Source of the DNA: Chara braunii
Lineage: Eukaryota; Plantae; Charophyceae
Assembly (NCBI GenBank): GCA_003427395.1
Contig: BFEA01000018.1
Location: 3,594,432-3,658,431, forward strand
DNA: 64,000 bases
Direction of reading: 5' to 3'
Positions within the stretch are counted from its first letter, which is position 1, and every line of letters starts with the position of its first letter. Below, one piece after another: positions 63,097-64,000 of this stretch. Made by a program: the position numbers and the translations under genes. The notes beneath the pieces are model-generated. The model was not told the origin of the DNA. It searched no databases and was given only the letters and a program-made list of their open reading frames with translations.

Positions 63097-64000
63097 CCTC
63101 CCTCGTTTGTTATCCTCTTCTCCTTCCCTCTCTGACCCTACGGTTTACCGGGCAGTTCTGTTTGACCATATATGTATATCGTCAAACATATATATATATA
63201 TATATCGTCAAACAGATATACATATATATATATATATATGCGAGGTCCTGGACCCTGTATTTACTCGTGGCCTTCGGCGAGAGAGATCCGTGCCTAAAGG
63301 TACCGCCAGCGGCGCCAGGTGCGCATTTCAATCCGTGTTAGAGGCGCGCAGAGCTGGCGATCCGATTCCCTCACTGCGCCGGGTATGCCCACTACAGTAG
63401 TAGCATGCCACTTCTTCATCGCTAGTCATTGGTTAATCAGTCGTTCTTGGATCGAGAATGAACACTTCCCGATCGAAGTTAATTAAATGAGAAACGCATA
63501 TTAACGTCCGTTTCTCAGTTGAGTATCATCTTCTGCGCAAGCGGTCATACCCTTGATTACACATGGGGTAAAGAAAAGAAGAAGGGGCAAAAATAGAGAA
63601 AAGGACAAGCAACGGCGGGCTGTGCTGTTTTGTCAGAGACTCACCGGCAGAGTCCGACTCATCCCGAGGCTGAATATTGTTTCTTTCCCGCAGGTAATTG
63701 AATTGCTTGGCTTGAGAGATTAGCCTTCGGGAAAAAAAATAAAAATAAAAAAAGGTTGTTTCTTTCGAGTCCCATCAAATACTTGTCTATCGCGAGAAGT
63801 ACACCTATCACGAACCTTATCTTAACCAAAAAAAAAAACACCGCCTTTTTACTATAATGGGGGGGTGGTATGAGCATCCCCTCCTAGTAGTCCGGCCAGG
63901 CGCTCCATTCTAATGTTAGAGAGCAGCACCTGCTGGAAATCGGGTCCAGCGTGCCCCGGCTCCTATGACGAATCTTTTTCCTTTTCCTTTTTTTTTTTTT

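Overview
Repeat-rich, gene-poor eukaryotic nuclear DNA from a gapped short-read draft assembly, with N-gaps and three Nextera mate-pair junction adapters. The TE content suggests a green-lineage host, possibly a charophyte alga (inference only). The only clear host gene is an intronless MATE/DTX transporter (58742-60685, +). The rest is a layered transposon landscape: (i) a degenerate tyrosine-recombinase (DIRS/PAT-like) retrotransposon whose YR is antisense to RT-RNaseH-MT (~4090-8500); (ii) a Penelope-like element with GIY-YIG N-terminal to the RT and an in-frame upstream CCHC zinc-knuckle/coiled-coil/SAP-like region (~11880-16360); (iii) a near full-length degenerate L1/Tx1-type LINE (~34640-42600, -) plus several 3' fragments sharing a tail motif; (iv) many PIF/Harbinger-type and hAT-type MITEs, some nested, with visible TSDs; (v) tRNA-derived SINEs, four decayed U6 snRNA copies, two hammerhead-ribozyme-like motifs and an organelle-type tRNA-Met (probable NUMT). 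The least explained structure is an array of about 19 stem-loops sharing a CTC-ACCC-GGGAG-like apex (23739-25480), lying in a predicted 2-kb intron of an unidentified spliced minus-strand gene remnant.
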